NCBI GenBank assembly: GCA_002401955.1
Contig: NVUQ01000006.1
Span: 19,061-83,060 of the forward strand
Direction: 5' to 3'
Source: Flavobacteriales bacterium
Lineage (GTDB): Bacteria; Bacteroidota; Bacteroidia; Flavobacteriales_E; Vicingaceae
DNA: 64,000 nt
Positions 20,023 through 32,200 of the stretch are shown here, one piece after another. The first letter of the stretch is position 1. Each line of letters starts with the position of its first letter. The notes below the pieces were generated by a model, which saw only the letters and a program-made list of their open reading frames with translations, did no database searches and was not told the DNA's origin. Made by a program: the position numbers and the translations under genes.

Positions 20023-22203
20023 TTATAAATTATCCAATATAAAATTGGTCATTAAAGTATATAGGTGTAGCCTTGTATTGCCGCCATAAATTCCATGGTT
20101 TTTATTTGGATACATCATTTCTGTAAATTGTTTATTTGCCTTAATTAAAGCGGCACTCATTTCTACTGCATTCTGGTAGTGTACATTGTCATCAGCCATT
20201 CCATGTACCAATAAGTAACTTCCTTTTAATTTTTCTACATGGTTAATTGGAGAGTTATCATCATAGCCATCTGCATTTTCTTGAGGTCTTTGCATATAAC
20301 GTTCTGTATAAATATTATCATAATACCTCCAATTGGTAACTGGAGCGACAGCTATAGCAGCTTTAAAAACATCGGCACCCTTAGTAATACATAAAGATGA
20401 CATATACCCTCCATAACTCCATCCAAAAATCCCTATTCTACTCCCATCTATATAAGGTAGAGTCGCTAAATATTTAGCCGCTGCAATTTGATCTTCAGTT
20501 TCGTATTTACCTAATTGCTTATAGGTAGTTTTTTTAAATTCAGCACCTCTGTATCCTGTCCCCCTTGCATCTACAGACACAACAATATATCCTTTACTAG
20601 CCAAATGCTGAAACCAGAAACCATTTCCTCCGTTCCAAGAATCGTTTACCGTATTAATTCCAGGCCCACCATAAACATACATTAAAACTGGATATTTTTT
20701 TGTTTTATCAAAATCATTAGGAACAACTTTCCACGCATTTAAATCATTGTTATTCACATTAATTTTAAAAAATTCTGGTTTAGAGAAGTTATATCCTTCA
20801 ACTGTTTTATTTAATGCCTCATTATCCTCTAATACACTTTTTAATTTACCAGTATTATCATGAAGCGTTATGTATTTAGCTGTACTTGCTGAAGAGTGAT
20901 AATTGATAAAGTATTTGTATGACGAACTAAAATCTGCTCTATTCTGCCCTGATTTGGTAGTTAATCTTTTTTTAGATCTTCCATCTAATTTAATAGAATA
21001 AACTTGCCTATCCATAGCTGATAACTCTGCAGATTGATAATAAACAACTCCTTTTTTCTCATCAACACCATAATAACTAGATACATCAAAACTTCCTTTA
21101 GTTACTTGGTTAATTAATTTACCATTTACATCATATAAATAAATATGGTTAAATCCATCTTTTTCACTTGTTATAATAAATTGATTTTTAGTTGTTAAAA
21201 ATTCTGTTGTTGGTACTTCAACATAAGTTTCATTTTTTTCATTAAAAATGATTTTACTTTCTCCAGTTTCAGCATTGGCTAAATGAATGTTTAAATCATT
21301 TTGTTGCCTGTTTAAACTTTGTATTGCTAAATTCTTAGAATCATTCGTCCAATTAATTCTAGAAATATATTCATAGTTATTACCAATATTTGCTTTCACC
21401 TTTTTAGTTGTTGCAATATCATAAAAGAACATTTCTACTTTAGAGTTATCTTCACCAGCTTTGGGATATTTAAATCTTTCTTCACCCGGATAAAGTGGAC
21501 CATACATTTTCATTAACCATTCTTTTACATTGCTTTCATCAAAACGGTAATAGGCAATTTTTTTACCATCTGGTGCCCATTTAAATGCTTTTACCAATAC
21601 TAATTCTTCTTCATAAACCCAATCAGAAGCTCCATTAATAATTTCATTTTTCTTACCATCAGTTGTTACCTGAATTTCTTTGTTTGAAGTTAAATCTTTA
21701 TAAAACAAATTATTATCCTTTACATAAGCTACCTTATTGGCTAAAGGAGAAAATGTAGCATACATTTGCTTAGCACCCTCTGTTAACTTGGTTAAAGCTT
21801 TTGATTTTAAATCATAGATATAATAATTTGATTTTGAAGAATGCCTGTATATCTTTTCTTGATCGGTAGCGATTAAAAGTTTTGTTTCATCTGAACTAAA
21901 CTCGTAATCATTTATAGTTATCGTTTTATCTCCAGATTTCAAATCTGCTCCGGCTACTAAAACTATTTCAACTTTTTTATTCGCATAAGCATACTTTATA
22001 ATATCAGAAACTTTTTCACTTTCTTCACTTTTTTCTAAGGTTGTGTAATGAATTCCATCATTCATAGATCGAAAACCGCCTACTGACCGACCATAAAACT
22101 TATAATCTTTCCAAACATCTTCTAAGCTAACATCTTTTTTATCTTGACTATATACTGTTCCAAGCATTAATACTGAAACAATAAGGGCAAATAACTTTCT
22201 CAT
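20023..22203 (-). CDS. dipeptidyl-peptidase IV (S9B prolyl oligopeptidase family)
   Basis: 726 aa. Signal peptide, N-terminal beta-propeller region, nucleophile motif GIFGWSYGGYMS, then HGMADDNVH. Confidence 0.85.
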   Translation of the reverse strand: MRKLFALIVSVLMLGTVYSQDKKDVSLEDVWKDYKFYGRSVGGFRSMNDGIHYTTLEKSEESEKVSDIIKYAYANKKVEIVLVAGADLKSGDKTITINDYEFSSDETKLLIATDQEKIYRHSSKSNYYIYDLKSKALTKLTEGAKQMYATFSPLANKVAYVKDNNLFYKDLTSNKEIQVTTDGKKNEIINGASDWVYEEELVLVKAFKWAPDGKKIAYYRFDESNVKEWLMKMYGPLYPGEERFKYPKAGEDNSKVEMFFYDIATTKKVKANIGNNYEYISRINWTNDSKNLAIQSLNRQQNDLNIHLANAETGESKIIFNEKNETYVEVPTTEFLTTKNQFIITSEKDGFNHIYLYDVNGKLINQVTKGSFDVSSYYGVDEKKGVVYYQSAELSAMDRQVYSIKLDGRSKKRLTTKSGQNRADFSSSYKYFINYHSSASTAKYITLHDNTGKLKSVLEDNEALNKTVEGYNFSKPEFFKINVNNNDLNAWKVVPNDFDKTKKYPVLMYVYGGPGINTVNDSWNGGNGFWFQHLASKGYIVVSVDARGTGYRGAEFKKTTYKQLGKYETEDQIAAAKYLATLPYIDGSRIGIFGWSYGGYMSSLCITKGADVFKAAIAVAPVTNWRYYDNIYTERYMQRPQENADGYDDNSPINHVEKLKGSYLLVHGMADDNVHYQNAVEMSAALIKANKQFTEMMYPNKNHGIYGGNTRLHLYTLMTNFILDNL

Positions 22204-22333
22204 AATTCTATTTTTATGGTGACGAATTTAGTCAAATACTAATCCACTTTTATAGATTATTTTATTTAATTTGCATCAGCTTAAAAATGGCAAGCTATTT
22301 GTCATTCTTCAACAGAAATTAAAAAATATAATT

Positions 22334-22753
22334 ATGAAAACTTTAACTATTACAATTATGATTGCCACAGCAACATTATACTCATGCAAGAGTACATCAC
22401 AAGCTGTGGAAGCTAATAAAACAGAAACAAAAAGTGACACTAGTGCAAAAACAGAAACGCAAGAAACAGTTTATGACGTAATTATTTCTTTTACGAGTAG
22501 AGCTTCGGGTATTGATCGTGATATAAAAGATAAAGTTGATAAACTATTAAGCAACTTTAATGCTGAAAATGAGAATAAAATAAAGCCAGAAATTGCTCCT
22601 TGGGGAAGAGAAGGTGAGGTTGACTATCATTTTATAACTAAAAACTTATCAACAAACCAAAAAAAGGCTCTAACTACCAAAATCAAAGAGGCAATAGGCT
22701 CTTCGGACACAGTCTTCATTTTGTTCAATAAAAAAGCTGTTCATAAAAGATAA
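22334..22753 (+). CDS. hypothetical lipoprotein
   Basis: Trimmed to the ATG before MKTLTITIMIATATLYSC (lipobox-like Cys). No family recognised. Confidence 0.5.
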   Translation: MKTLTITIMIATATLYSCKSTSQAVEANKTETKSDTSAKTETQETVYDVIISFTSRASGIDRDIKDKVDKLLSNFNAENENKIKPEIAPWGREGEVDYHFITKNLSTNQKKALTTKIKEAIGSSDTVFILFNKKAVHKR

Positions 22754-22864
22754 AACCATTCTTTGTTTATTAAAAAAGTAATAAGAACTTTGTTATCGTA
22801 AGCTTTTTAAGGGTTTACTGCGTATCATTTTAATAAAGTATAACAAAAACCATAATACAATCAA

Positions 22865-24499
22865 ATGGATAGTAGTAAGGAATCGATTATTAAATCATTA
22901 TCAGGTTTAGGGATTAATGATGTTAAAGAGTTAATTTATAATCCATCTTACGATGAATTATACAAACATGAAATGAACCCTTCTTTAGAGGGCTTTGATG
23001 CAGGACAAGAAACAGAGCTTAATGCTGTTAACGTAATGACAGGTATATTTACAGGTCGTTCTCCCAAAGATAAATTTATTGTAAAAGATGATGTAACAAA
23101 AGATACATTATGGTGGAGTACAGAAGAATCTCCTAACGATAACAAAGCAACAACACAAGTTGTTTGGGACGAAGTAAAAGAATTAGTTACGAATCAATTA
23201 TCTAACCAAAAACTATTTGTTGTAGATGCTTATTGCGGTGCAAACAAAGATACTCGTTTAAAAGTTCGTTTTATAGTTGAAGTTGCTTGGCAAGCGCATT
23301 TTGTAACGAATATGTTTATTCGTCCTTCTGCTGAAGAGTTAGCAAATTTTGGTGAGCCAGATTTCGTAGTAATGAACGGATCTAAGACAACCAACCCTAA
23401 CTTTAAGAAACAAGGTTTAAATTCAGAAAACTTTGTATTGTTCAACTTAACTGAAAAAATGCAGTTAATTGGTGGCACTTGGTATGGTGGAGAAATGAAA
23501 AAAGGTATGTTCGCTATGATGAACTACTATTTACCATTAAGAGGTATGGCTTCAATGCACTGTTCTGCCAATGTAGGTACAGATGGAGATACAGCTGTTT
23601 TCTTTGGATTATCTGGAACAGGAAAAACAACACTTTCTACAGATGCTAGTCGCCAGTTAATTGGTGATGATGAGCATGGTTGGGATGATGACGGAGTGTT
23701 TAACTTTGAAGGAGGTTGTTACGCTAAGACAATTGATTTAGACAAAAGTTCTGAACCAGAAATTTTCGGAGCAATTAAAAGAGATGCATTACTAGAAAAT
23801 GTTACTGTTGATGCTAACGGGAAAATTGATTTCACTGATGGTTCAACAACTCAAAACACAAGAGTTTCTTACCCAATTAACCATATAGAAAATATTGTAG
23901 TTCCAGTTTCTAAAGCAGGTCATGCAAAAAAAGTAATTTTCTTATCTGCTGATGCATTTGGAACTTTACCTCCAGTTTCTAAATTAACTCCAGAGCAAAC
24001 TAAATATCACTTCTTATCAGGTTTCACTGCTAAGTTAGCAGGAACTGAAAGAGGAGTTACAGAACCTACCCCAACATTCTCTGCATGTTTCGGAGAAGCT
24101 TTTTTAACTTTACACCCTACTCAGTATGGTGCTGAATTAGTTAAAAAAATGGAAGCACATGGTGCTGAAGCCTACTTGGTAAACACAGGGTGGAATGGTT
24201 CTGGAAAACGGATATCTATTAAAGATACCAGAGGAATTATCAATGCTATTTTAGATGGCTCTATTGAAAAAGCAGAAACAAAACAAATCCCTATTTTTAA
24301 TTTAGAAGTTCCTACTTCTTTACCAGGCGTTCAATCTGAAATTTTAGACCCTAGAGATACTTATTCAAACCCTGAAGAATGGAATACAAAAGCTACAAAG
24401 CTTGCTAGCTTATTCATTGCTAACTTTGAAAAATACACTGACAATAAAGAAGGAAAAGCACTAGTAGATGCTGGCCCATCCATTAGTGTTGAAGCATAA
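22865..24499 (+). CDS. pckA: phosphoenolpyruvate carboxykinase (ATP)
   Basis: 544 aa. [13 protein letters not shown] kinase-1a loop, IGDDEHGW and [15 protein letters not shown] are typical of ATP-dependent PEPCK. Confidence 0.9.
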   Translation: MDSSKESIIKSLSGLGINDVKELIYNPSYDELYKHEMNPSLEGFDAGQETELNAVNVMTGIFTGRSPKDKFIVKDDVTKDTLWWSTEESPNDNKATTQVVWDEVKELVTNQLSNQKLFVVDAYCGANKDTRLKVRFIVEVAWQAHFVTNMFIRPSAEELANFGEPDFVVMNGSKTTNPNFKKQGLNSENFVLFNLTEKMQLIGGTWYGGEMKKGMFAMMNYYLPLRGMASMHCSANVGTDGDTAVFFGLSGTGKTTLSTDASRQLIGDDEHGWDDDGVFNFEGGCYAKTIDLDKSSEPEIFGAIKRDALLENVTVDANGKIDFTDGSTTQNTRVSYPINHIENIVVPVSKAGHAKKVIFLSADAFGTLPPVSKLTPEQTKYHFLSGFTAKLAGTERGVTEPTPTFSACFGEAFLTLHPTQYGAELVKKMEAHGAEAYLVNTGWNGSGKRISIKDTRGIINAILDGSIEKAETKQIPIFNLEVPTSLPGVQSEILDPRDTYSNPEEWNTKATKLASLFIANFEKYTDNKEGKALVDAGPSISVEA

Positions 24500-24514
24500 T
24501 TAGAAAAATTCTAT

Positions 24515-24553
24515 AAAAAAATCCTCATCAGCTTTTGCAGGTGAGGATTTTTT
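24515..24553 (+). terminator. rho-independent terminator after pckA
   Basis: ATCCTCA-loop-TGAGGAT followed by a T-run. Confidence 0.65.
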
Positions 24554-24604
24554 GTTTCAGCACTTTTTTTAACTAATTTAGTTCCCCATTAAAATACTAC
24601 TTAC

Positions 24605-25276
24605 ATGGATATAGAATCAAGGGTTAACAAACTTATTAATGAAGGTTATAAGTTTGAATTAGAACAATACATTTCTACAGGGTTTTATCTGTTTAAAAAG
24701 GAGTATGGCCTTTTTATTGGGTTTTCGATTGTTGCAGGATTAATATCTTTAGCTGCAAGTATGATACCTCTTGCCGGATATTTCTTACAAACTGTTATTG
24801 CTGGAGTAGTAAACATGGGCTATTTTTATGTTGCTAGAAAAATTAAACATGGGGAAAAACCTGAATTTGGAGATTTTTTTAAATCATTTAATGTGTTTGG
24901 TAATATTGCGGGTGTTGCTCTTGTTGTTTTTATTCTTACAATTATTGGTGTTTTTTGTTTGATTTTACCAGGAATCTATTTAGGTGTCGCGTGGTTATTT
25001 GCTGTGCCAATTATTTTCTTTTATCCAAAAATTGGACTTTGGGATTCAATGGAAGCAAGTAGAAGAATTATCACTAAAAATTGGTGGCAGTTTTTATTAC
25101 TTGGAATTTGTGTGGTTTTCATAAATATAGCAGGTGCATTATGCTTACTAATTGGTTTACTGGTAACAATTCCAGCCAGTCATTTAATTATGTATGCTGC
25201 ATTTGACGATATTCTAAAACCTGATGAAGATGTCAACAATAATGAAGATCTCTTATTAAACGAACTAAACGAATAA
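24605..25276 (+). CDS. integral membrane protein, family not recognised
   Basis: 223 aa with 4-5 hydrophobic helices and an acidic C-terminal tail. Confidence 0.5.
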   Translation: MDIESRVNKLINEGYKFELEQYISTGFYLFKKEYGLFIGFSIVAGLISLAASMIPLAGYFLQTVIAGVVNMGYFYVARKIKHGEKPEFGDFFKSFNVFGNIAGVALVVFILTIIGVFCLILPGIYLGVAWLFAVPIIFFYPKIGLWDSMEASRRIITKNWWQFLLLGICVVFINIAGALCLLIGLLVTIPASHLIMYAAFDDILKPDEDVNNNEDLLLNELNE

Positions 25277-25284
25277 TCAACAAC

Positions 25285-25325
25285 AAAAAAGGCTTACCCA
25301 TTAGTAACAGGTAAGCCTTTTTTTG
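25285..25325. terminator. bidirectional rho-independent terminator
   Basis: AAAAAAGGCTTACC-loop-GGTAAGCCTTTTTT between convergent genes. Confidence 0.8.
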
Positions 25326-25340
25326 TGTTGGTAATAAGAA

Positions 25341-25742
25341 TTAAAATTCCTTTAAAGCATCTCTATAAGCAAACAAATCTTGTTTGTTATCATCGTTTTC
25401 TCTATCTAACATTAATGATAATAAGTAATCGATACTCTCTAACCTATCATCATCAGATTCTATTGTATTAACAATCATTTCAACTTCCTCAGGAGCTTCT
25501 TCTCCTTCTTCTAACTCAGGAGCAATTGCTTCTTCTGGAGGCAACGGAATGTTAAACGTTTTATTTGCTTCTAAATGCTCATAAGTTAAGCGAGTTACCT
25601 TTGTTAAGGTAGGATCTTGCTCTTCTAAAGCATAAGGTCTTAATTCTTTTAACCCTTTAATTATAGTATCTACTTTAAGTCCATCTTTAAGAAGTCCTTT
25701 TTGTAATTTCACTATTAATTTATTTCCGTCAATACTTTCCAT
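25341..25742 (-). CDS. hypothetical acidic protein
   Basis: 133-aa ORF rich in Glu/Asp. No family recognised. Confidence 0.45.
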   Translation of the reverse strand: MESIDGNKLIVKLQKGLLKDGLKVDTIIKGLKELRPYALEEQDPTLTKVTRLTYEHLEANKTFNIPLPPEEAIAPELEEGEEAPEEVEMIVNTIESDDDRLESIDYLLSLMLDRENDDNKQDLFAYRDALKEF

Positions 25743-25824
25743 TTGGTATTAGTTTAATTTGTTTGCGAATTTATCATTCTTTATTTATTTTTCCATACGC
25801 TAATCAAATTTTATTTTAAATCAA

Positions 25825-26820
25825 ATGAATAAACTTACATATATATTAATCATTCCTTTTTTATTTTCCTGTTCTGATAATGATAGCAGTGTTTTAGAAA
25901 GTAATAAGATAACAACACACATCGAACAAAAATTAAACACAAATAATAAAGTAACTGAAACATCTCTTATTATTTTAGGAACTATTCAAGATGCAGGCTC
26001 TCCCCAAATAGGCTGTGTAAAAAAATGTTGTAAGGGATTGTTTCAAAACCCAGATAACAATAGAAAAGTGGTGAGCATAGGAGTAATTGACCCTCAAAAC
26101 AAAAAGAAATATATTTTTGAAGCAAGCCCTGACTTTGTTTCTCAAACAAAACTGCTAAAAAAATATTGTGATTTTGAGACAGCTGAAACCCCTGATGGGA
26201 TCTTTTTAACTCACGCTCACATTGGTCATTATACAGGTTTAATGTATTTAGGAAAAGAAGCCATGAGTGCTAAGAATGCTCTTGTTTATGCTATGCCTAA
26301 AATGAAAATATTTTTAGAAGAAAATGGTCCATGGAGTCAATTGGTAAAAAACAACAATATTAGCATCAATGCACTTGAAGATAATATTCCTATTCAATTA
26401 ACCGAAAATCTTGAAATTGTTCCTATTACTGTTCCTCATAGAGATGAATTTTCTGAAACTGTTGGTTATGTAATTACTGGTCCAAACAAATCAGCACTAT
26501 TTATTCCGGACATTGATAAATGGGGAAAATGGAATACTAATATTATTGAAGCTATAAGTAAAGTGGATTATGCTTTTTTAGATGCCACTTTTTATGATGG
26601 TGAAGAAATAAACAACAGAAATATATCTGACATCCCTCACCCATTTATTATTGAGAGTATGGAAAAATTTAAGGGTTTATCTGCTGAAGAAAAAAAGAAA
26701 ATTTATTTCATTCATTTTAACCATACCAATCCAGTAATTAATATAGAAAGTAAACAAGCCAAACAAGTTATTAAAAATGGTTTTAATATTGCTCAAATAA
26801 ATACTATCTTTAAACTCTAA
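25825..26820 (+). CDS. MBL-fold metallo-hydrolase (PqqB-like), lipoprotein
   Basis: Signal/lipobox LFSC; LTHAHIGHYTG (HxHxxH-type metal motif); later HRDEF and FIHFNHTNP. Confidence 0.65.
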   Translation: MNKLTYILIIPFLFSCSDNDSSVLESNKITTHIEQKLNTNNKVTETSLIILGTIQDAGSPQIGCVKKCCKGLFQNPDNNRKVVSIGVIDPQNKKKYIFEASPDFVSQTKLLKKYCDFETAETPDGIFLTHAHIGHYTGLMYLGKEAMSAKNALVYAMPKMKIFLEENGPWSQLVKNNNISINALEDNIPIQLTENLEIVPITVPHRDEFSETVGYVITGPNKSALFIPDIDKWGKWNTNIIEAISKVDYAFLDATFYDGEEINNRNISDIPHPFIIESMEKFKGLSAEEKKKIYFIHFNHTNPVINIESKQAKQVIKNGFNIAQINTIFKL

Positions 26821-26834
26821 CTATAAATAATATT

Positions 26835-27233
26835 ATGAGAACAATTACAACTTTGGTACTTATAGCCTTTATTGCTACAACTTCTTTTGCTCAAAACACG
26901 TTGGATGGAAAAACCTTTGAAATCAAAATCGTAGAAAAGAAAAGAATGGGAGATCCTAAAAAAATGAAAGGAGTTATCCTTTTTGAAAAAGGAAAAGTAG
27001 GTGGTAGCATAAGTGATGACAATGGTTATTCTCCAGCTAAATATTCTACAGATAGTAAAGATGGTTTAGTCTCTACCTTTGTTAATTTTACAGCTGAAGC
27101 TAAAGGAAAAAAAGATATCTTAAGTTGGGAAGGTATTATTAACGGTGATGAAATTGAAGGAACAGCAATAAGAAAGCGTAAAGGAGAAATCAGAACTATA
27201 TTTGAATTTAAAGGAACGCTGAAAGAAAAATAG
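26835..27233 (+). CDS. hypothetical secreted protein
   Basis: 132 aa with a signal peptide ending SFAQ. No family recognised. Confidence 0.45.
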   Translation: MRTITTLVLIAFIATTSFAQNTLDGKTFEIKIVEKKRMGDPKKMKGVILFEKGKVGGSISDDNGYSPAKYSTDSKDGLVSTFVNFTAEAKGKKDILSWEGIINGDEIEGTAIRKRKGEIRTIFEFKGTLKEK

Positions 27234-27440
27234 ATTTACTAAATATCTGATTTTTAGAACTATTATACTTTTTCTACAAAAAAAGAGATTGAAAAAAAAA
27301 AACGTTACACCTCTAAAACTTAACAAAATCAATCTGTTTGGAAGATAAAATAATATGAACTTTTGAAGTATACATTTATTTTTCATTAATTTTACTTACC
27401 TTAGCGACATTAATTTACTGTGATAACGAATAAATCATTT

Positions 27441-27863
27441 ATGAAAAAAATATTACTTACTTTATCGGTAGCTGCTCTCATGGTTACTTCATGTTCTAAA
27501 GATAAAGAAGGATGTAACGATAGAAGAGCAAGTAATTACGATGAATATGCAGTAATTGATAACGGGACTTGTAATTTTACAACGTTAACTTTTTATGCTG
27601 ATTCTACGCATACAAACGGTTTACAAATTAGCAGTATAGATGTTTCGGTTGGAGGAACTGCTGTTGGCTCTTTTTCTGGATATCATTTTTCAGGAGAACA
27701 GGTTTGTGGAACAGACAGAATAGCAATATATAAAACACAAGGAGAAACTAGTGTGTCTTGGACTGCTACAATTAATCTTTTTGGCGGTGTAACAAGTTCT
27801 AGCTCTGGAACAGTTGATACAAGAGTTAATCAACCTTGTGCCATTGTCCACACTTTACCCTAA
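27441..27863 (+). CDS. hypothetical lipoprotein
   Basis: Trimmed to the ATG before MKKILLTLSVAALMVTSC. Confidence 0.45.
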   Translation: MKKILLTLSVAALMVTSCSKDKEGCNDRRASNYDEYAVIDNGTCNFTTLTFYADSTHTNGLQISSIDVSVGGTAVGSFSGYHFSGEQVCGTDRIAIYKTQGETSVSWTATINLFGGVTSSSSGTVDTRVNQPCAIVHTLP

Positions 27864-27883
27864 AATTTAGATTCTAAACAAAA

Positions 27884-27921
27884 TAAAAAAAGGCTTTTAG
27901 ATTATCTAAAAGCCTTTTTTT
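27884..27921 (+). terminator. rho-independent terminator
   Basis: AAAAAAAGGCTTTTAG-loop-CTAAAAGCCTTTTTTT. Confidence 0.75.
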
Positions 27922-27957
27922 ATTTATTTTCCGTCCATAACTGCTATAAAAAAGCAC

Positions 27958-29124
27958 ATGAAAAAATTAGAAGGAAAACATTATATTTCACACAATCTTC
28001 ATCAATATTATGATAAGATAAAGTCTTTTAAGAAAAAAAGGACCTTTATTAATTCTGATTTCTACACTTCTCATCAACAAGAAATTGAAACCGTAATTAA
28101 TGGTTTAGAATGGGATAACACCTTATCGATAAACCCAGAACAAAAAGATGAAATTCGTGTAGTTTCTTGGAATATTGAAAGAGGGAAACAATTGAATGGA
28201 ATAATTGATTTTTTTAAAGAAGATTCCCAACTTTCTAAAGCTGATATTATTCTAGCCATTGAATGTGATAATGGAATGGGAAGAACGTCCAACAGAAATG
28301 TTGCTAAAGAGCTAGCCGAAGCATTAAAAATGAATTATTGCTTTGCTCCCTCCTATTTGGTATTAGGAAAAGGTGCTATAGGTGAAACAGCTCATTCTGA
28401 GCAAAACACAGTATCATTACACGGAACAGCCATTTTATCAAAGTATCCTATACAAATGGCAAAAGGGATTACAGTACCTCCAGTTAAAGAGGTATTTCAT
28501 AGCTCAGAAAAAAGATTAGGGTGTAAAAAAGGGTTAGTAGCTCAAGTAAAAGTTAATGAAAAAACTATCGCTTTAGGTGCAATACACATAGATCTAAGCT
28601 CTACGGCTAATGATAGATCTAACCAATTAGAAGCTGTAATAAATGGCTTTCCTGAATCCAATATACAGCTAGTTGGTGGTGATTGGAATACCTCAACTTT
28701 TAATTTGCGAAAAAAAGGAGAATTAGCTTGGCAAGTAATAACCAAGTTCTGTACTATTGGTTTTAAAGGTGCCATAGAAAATTACATGACCCCGGAGTTA
28801 AAATTTGATAAACCAATATTTGATATGCTTTTACAAAAAGGCTATAAATATAATGGTTACAATGATAGGCAAAAAGGAAGTATTTATTTTGACATTAACG
28901 ATTTGTTGCACCATGAAAAAGCGACCATGTTTGTACCACGTTTTTTATTAAATGAGTTAGAAAGGCGTTTAAGACCCTGGAACGGTTGTGTACCTCTTAA
29001 AATAGATTGGTTTGCCGGCAAAGGAGGAATGGTTACCAATTCCCAAACCATAGAAAGACCACAAAATAATACTGTTCAGCTTTCTGACCATAATCCTATA
29101 TATGTTGATGTTAAGTTGAAATAG
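27958..29124 (+). CDS. endonuclease/exonuclease/phosphatase (EEP) family protein
   Basis: 388 aa. VVSWNIERG near the domain start and C-terminal LSDHNPIYVDV are typical EEP motifs. Confidence 0.7.
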   Translation: MKKLEGKHYISHNLHQYYDKIKSFKKKRTFINSDFYTSHQQEIETVINGLEWDNTLSINPEQKDEIRVVSWNIERGKQLNGIIDFFKEDSQLSKADIILAIECDNGMGRTSNRNVAKELAEALKMNYCFAPSYLVLGKGAIGETAHSEQNTVSLHGTAILSKYPIQMAKGITVPPVKEVFHSSEKRLGCKKGLVAQVKVNEKTIALGAIHIDLSSTANDRSNQLEAVINGFPESNIQLVGGDWNTSTFNLRKKGELAWQVITKFCTIGFKGAIENYMTPELKFDKPIFDMLLQKGYKYNGYNDRQKGSIYFDINDLLHHEKATMFVPRFLLNELERRLRPWNGCVPLKIDWFAGKGGMVTNSQTIERPQNNTVQLSDHNPIYVDVKLK

Positions 29125-29209
29125 TTTTCTTATTTTTTTGTAAAGTTAGAACTAACAAGTTTGTTTATTATATTTGAACAGCATTAACCAAAAGCTAAAA
29201 ACAATCCTT

Positions 29210-32200
29210 ATGAATGTATTAAAGAAGCTAATACTAATCCTATTTATTTTGCCTGTAACCTTTATATCGGGTCAGACCTACAAACAAATGATGCACGATC
29301 CTAGCGTTAACATTTATGATGTTGTTGAAGAGGCAGAGGCTCACTTTAAAGACAAAGACAAGTTTGTAAAAGGTTCTGGTTGGAAAGGCTTTCAAAGGTG
29401 GCTCTTTGAAAATGAAGCTAAATATTACCCTTCTGGTGATAGAAGTAATATTGATCCTTATTTTGTATCTAAAAATTATAAAACATTTTTAAAAAATAAT
29501 CCATCCAACAAAAGTCTATTTGATTCTGGCTGGGAAGAATTAGGTCCACACTATATTGAACAAGTAACTGGCCATTACGCTGTTGGTTTAGGAAGAGTAG
29601 AATGTTTTTATGCGGATAGAAATGATACTAATTTAATATACCTAGGTTCTCGTTCTGGTGGTTTTTGGAAAACCACTGATGGCGGTGCTAATTGGACAGG
29701 AGGCTCAACCGATACCCTTTTTGCTTCTGGTGTTAACACTATGACTGTATCTCCTACTAACCCTGATTCTATTTTAATTAATGTTAGAAATGCTTACAAT
29801 GGAACTACTCACGGGATTTACCGTTCTGTAGATGCTGGAAATTCATGGTCAGTTACCAATTTTAACCCTACTAATATTGGTTGGGGAGGCTTAGGAAGCA
29901 ACAAAAACATCTATCAAATAGCTTACCACCCTACAATTCCTAATTTAGTATTTATAGCTTCTTCTGAAGGTATTTTTAAATCTGAAGATAATCTAGCTAC
30001 TTGGATAAATGTTTATAATAACGCAAGTGTAACCGAACTTGTATTCCACCCAACCAACCCAACAATTTTATATGCTAGAACTGTTATGAGCAATAATTAT
30101 ATTTTAAAATCTTTAAATACCGGGTCTAATTTCTCCCCATCAGGATTTATTACAGGAAATTCATCCACACTCAAACTCTCAACTACTGCTGCTTGTCCAA
30201 GTTGTATTTATGTAGCTAGTAGCAATGGAGTATGGAAATCAAGAGATCAAGGGGTATCATTTACTTTACAAGGTATTCCTGGCATCTCAAACTATGGAGC
30301 TTTTGCCGTTAATGATGTAGATACTAATTACATGTTGTTTGGCGATATTGATACCCACATAAGTTCAGATGAAGGACAAACATTTAACCAAGCTACATTT
30401 TGGAGCCAGGGAAATGCTAATTACAATACAACTGGAACATATGTACATGCAGATATTAGAGGTTCTCGTTGTCAAGATGGTGTGTTCTGGGTAAACACTG
30501 ATGGTTTACTTTGTAAAAGTAAAGACAATGGAGCCACATGGCATATTTATGAGGGTCAATCAATTCGTGAAAACTATAACCTTGGAGTAAGTCAATCTAA
30601 CCATGAAAGAACAATTTCTGGATCTCAAGATAATGGCACAAGTATTAAAACAGAAAACTCTTGGATAGAATTTTATGGTGCCGATGGAATGGAAGGAATT
30701 ATCCACCCTTTAAACGATGATTGGATGATAGGCAGTTTACAATATGGTGGAAGAAGAAGAACTAAAGATGGCGGGCAATCTCAAAGCGGTGTTACGCCTC
30801 CTAACCAGGATGGAGGTTGGATTGCTCCACTTTTTTATGACCCTAATGACCACATGACTGTATACTCAGTTGGGGATAGTCTTTATAAAAGTACTAATTT
30901 TGGTTCTAGTTGGACCCAGATTGGATTACCAAACTTAGGAGGCCCCATGGATTATGCAACAATTGCAGAAAACAACTCAGACATTATATTGATAACCAAT
31001 TACCATTACCTTCAAAAATCATTAGATGGAGGAAATACTTTTGTAAACATACAGTCAGGTTTACCGAATAATTATATTACAGATCTTGCTTTCGATCCAA
31101 ATGATGATAATGTGATAGTTGTTGTTTATGGTACTTATCAAAACAACAATCAAAAAGTTTACATCACAACTGACCAAGGTTCTTCATGGCAAAATATAAC
31201 ATACAACCTCAATAATCTACCCGTACGTTCTGTTGTAATAGATCATACAAACGCTTCAACTATTTACTTAGGTACAGAAATAGGAGTTTACAAAAAGGCA
31301 ATGGCTGCTAGTTCTTGGAGTTTATATAATACTGACTTGCCAAATATGACTGTTCTTGAGCTTGAGATAATGTACGGCTCCAACACTTTACGTGCTGCAA
31401 CTTGGGGAAGGGGATTATGGGAATACACTTTAGATGGAAGACAAAACTATCCAACAATATTAACTACTAAAATAACAAATCAACCCACTGACACCACTCC
31501 TCAGTTTGGACAAGATCAATACATAACTTCTACCATTACCTATGACAATACAATAACCAACGCTTATGTTAACTGGTCTATTAACACTCCTGTATTTGGT
31601 AATGTTATTTCTATGACTAATACTATTGATTCAACATGGGTTTCTGATACACCAATTCCTAGCCAACCTATAGGAACTAAAGTCTATTTTAAAGTTTTTG
31701 CTGTTGGAATTAATAATGACACTACTGAAACTTATAAATTTATGTATGAAGTAAAATCTGACTGTGTTCCTTATGGAAGTATGGATTGGGCAACAGCAGT
31801 TACTTTAGTAGATTTTAACACAATTAATAATGCAACAGGTAAAACACAACCCTACACAGATTACACTTCAACAGACTCAACAATTGTAGTCCCTGGAAGT
31901 TCATATAACCTTTCGGTAAATCTAAATACCGATGGTAATTATACCATCCACTCTAAAGCTTGGATTGATTGGAATCAAGATTTAGATTTTAATGACTCTG
32001 GAGAAGAATATAATATGGGAACTGCAACAAATACAGCTAATGGCCCAACAACTTTATCCCCACTAAATATAGCTGTTCCACTTACAGCCCCCCTTGGACG
32101 AACAACCATGAGGGTGGCTTCAAAATTTGGTGTAGCTCCTACATCTTGTGAATCTGGCTATGATGGAGAAGTAGAAGATTATACTATAGTTGTTGCCTCT

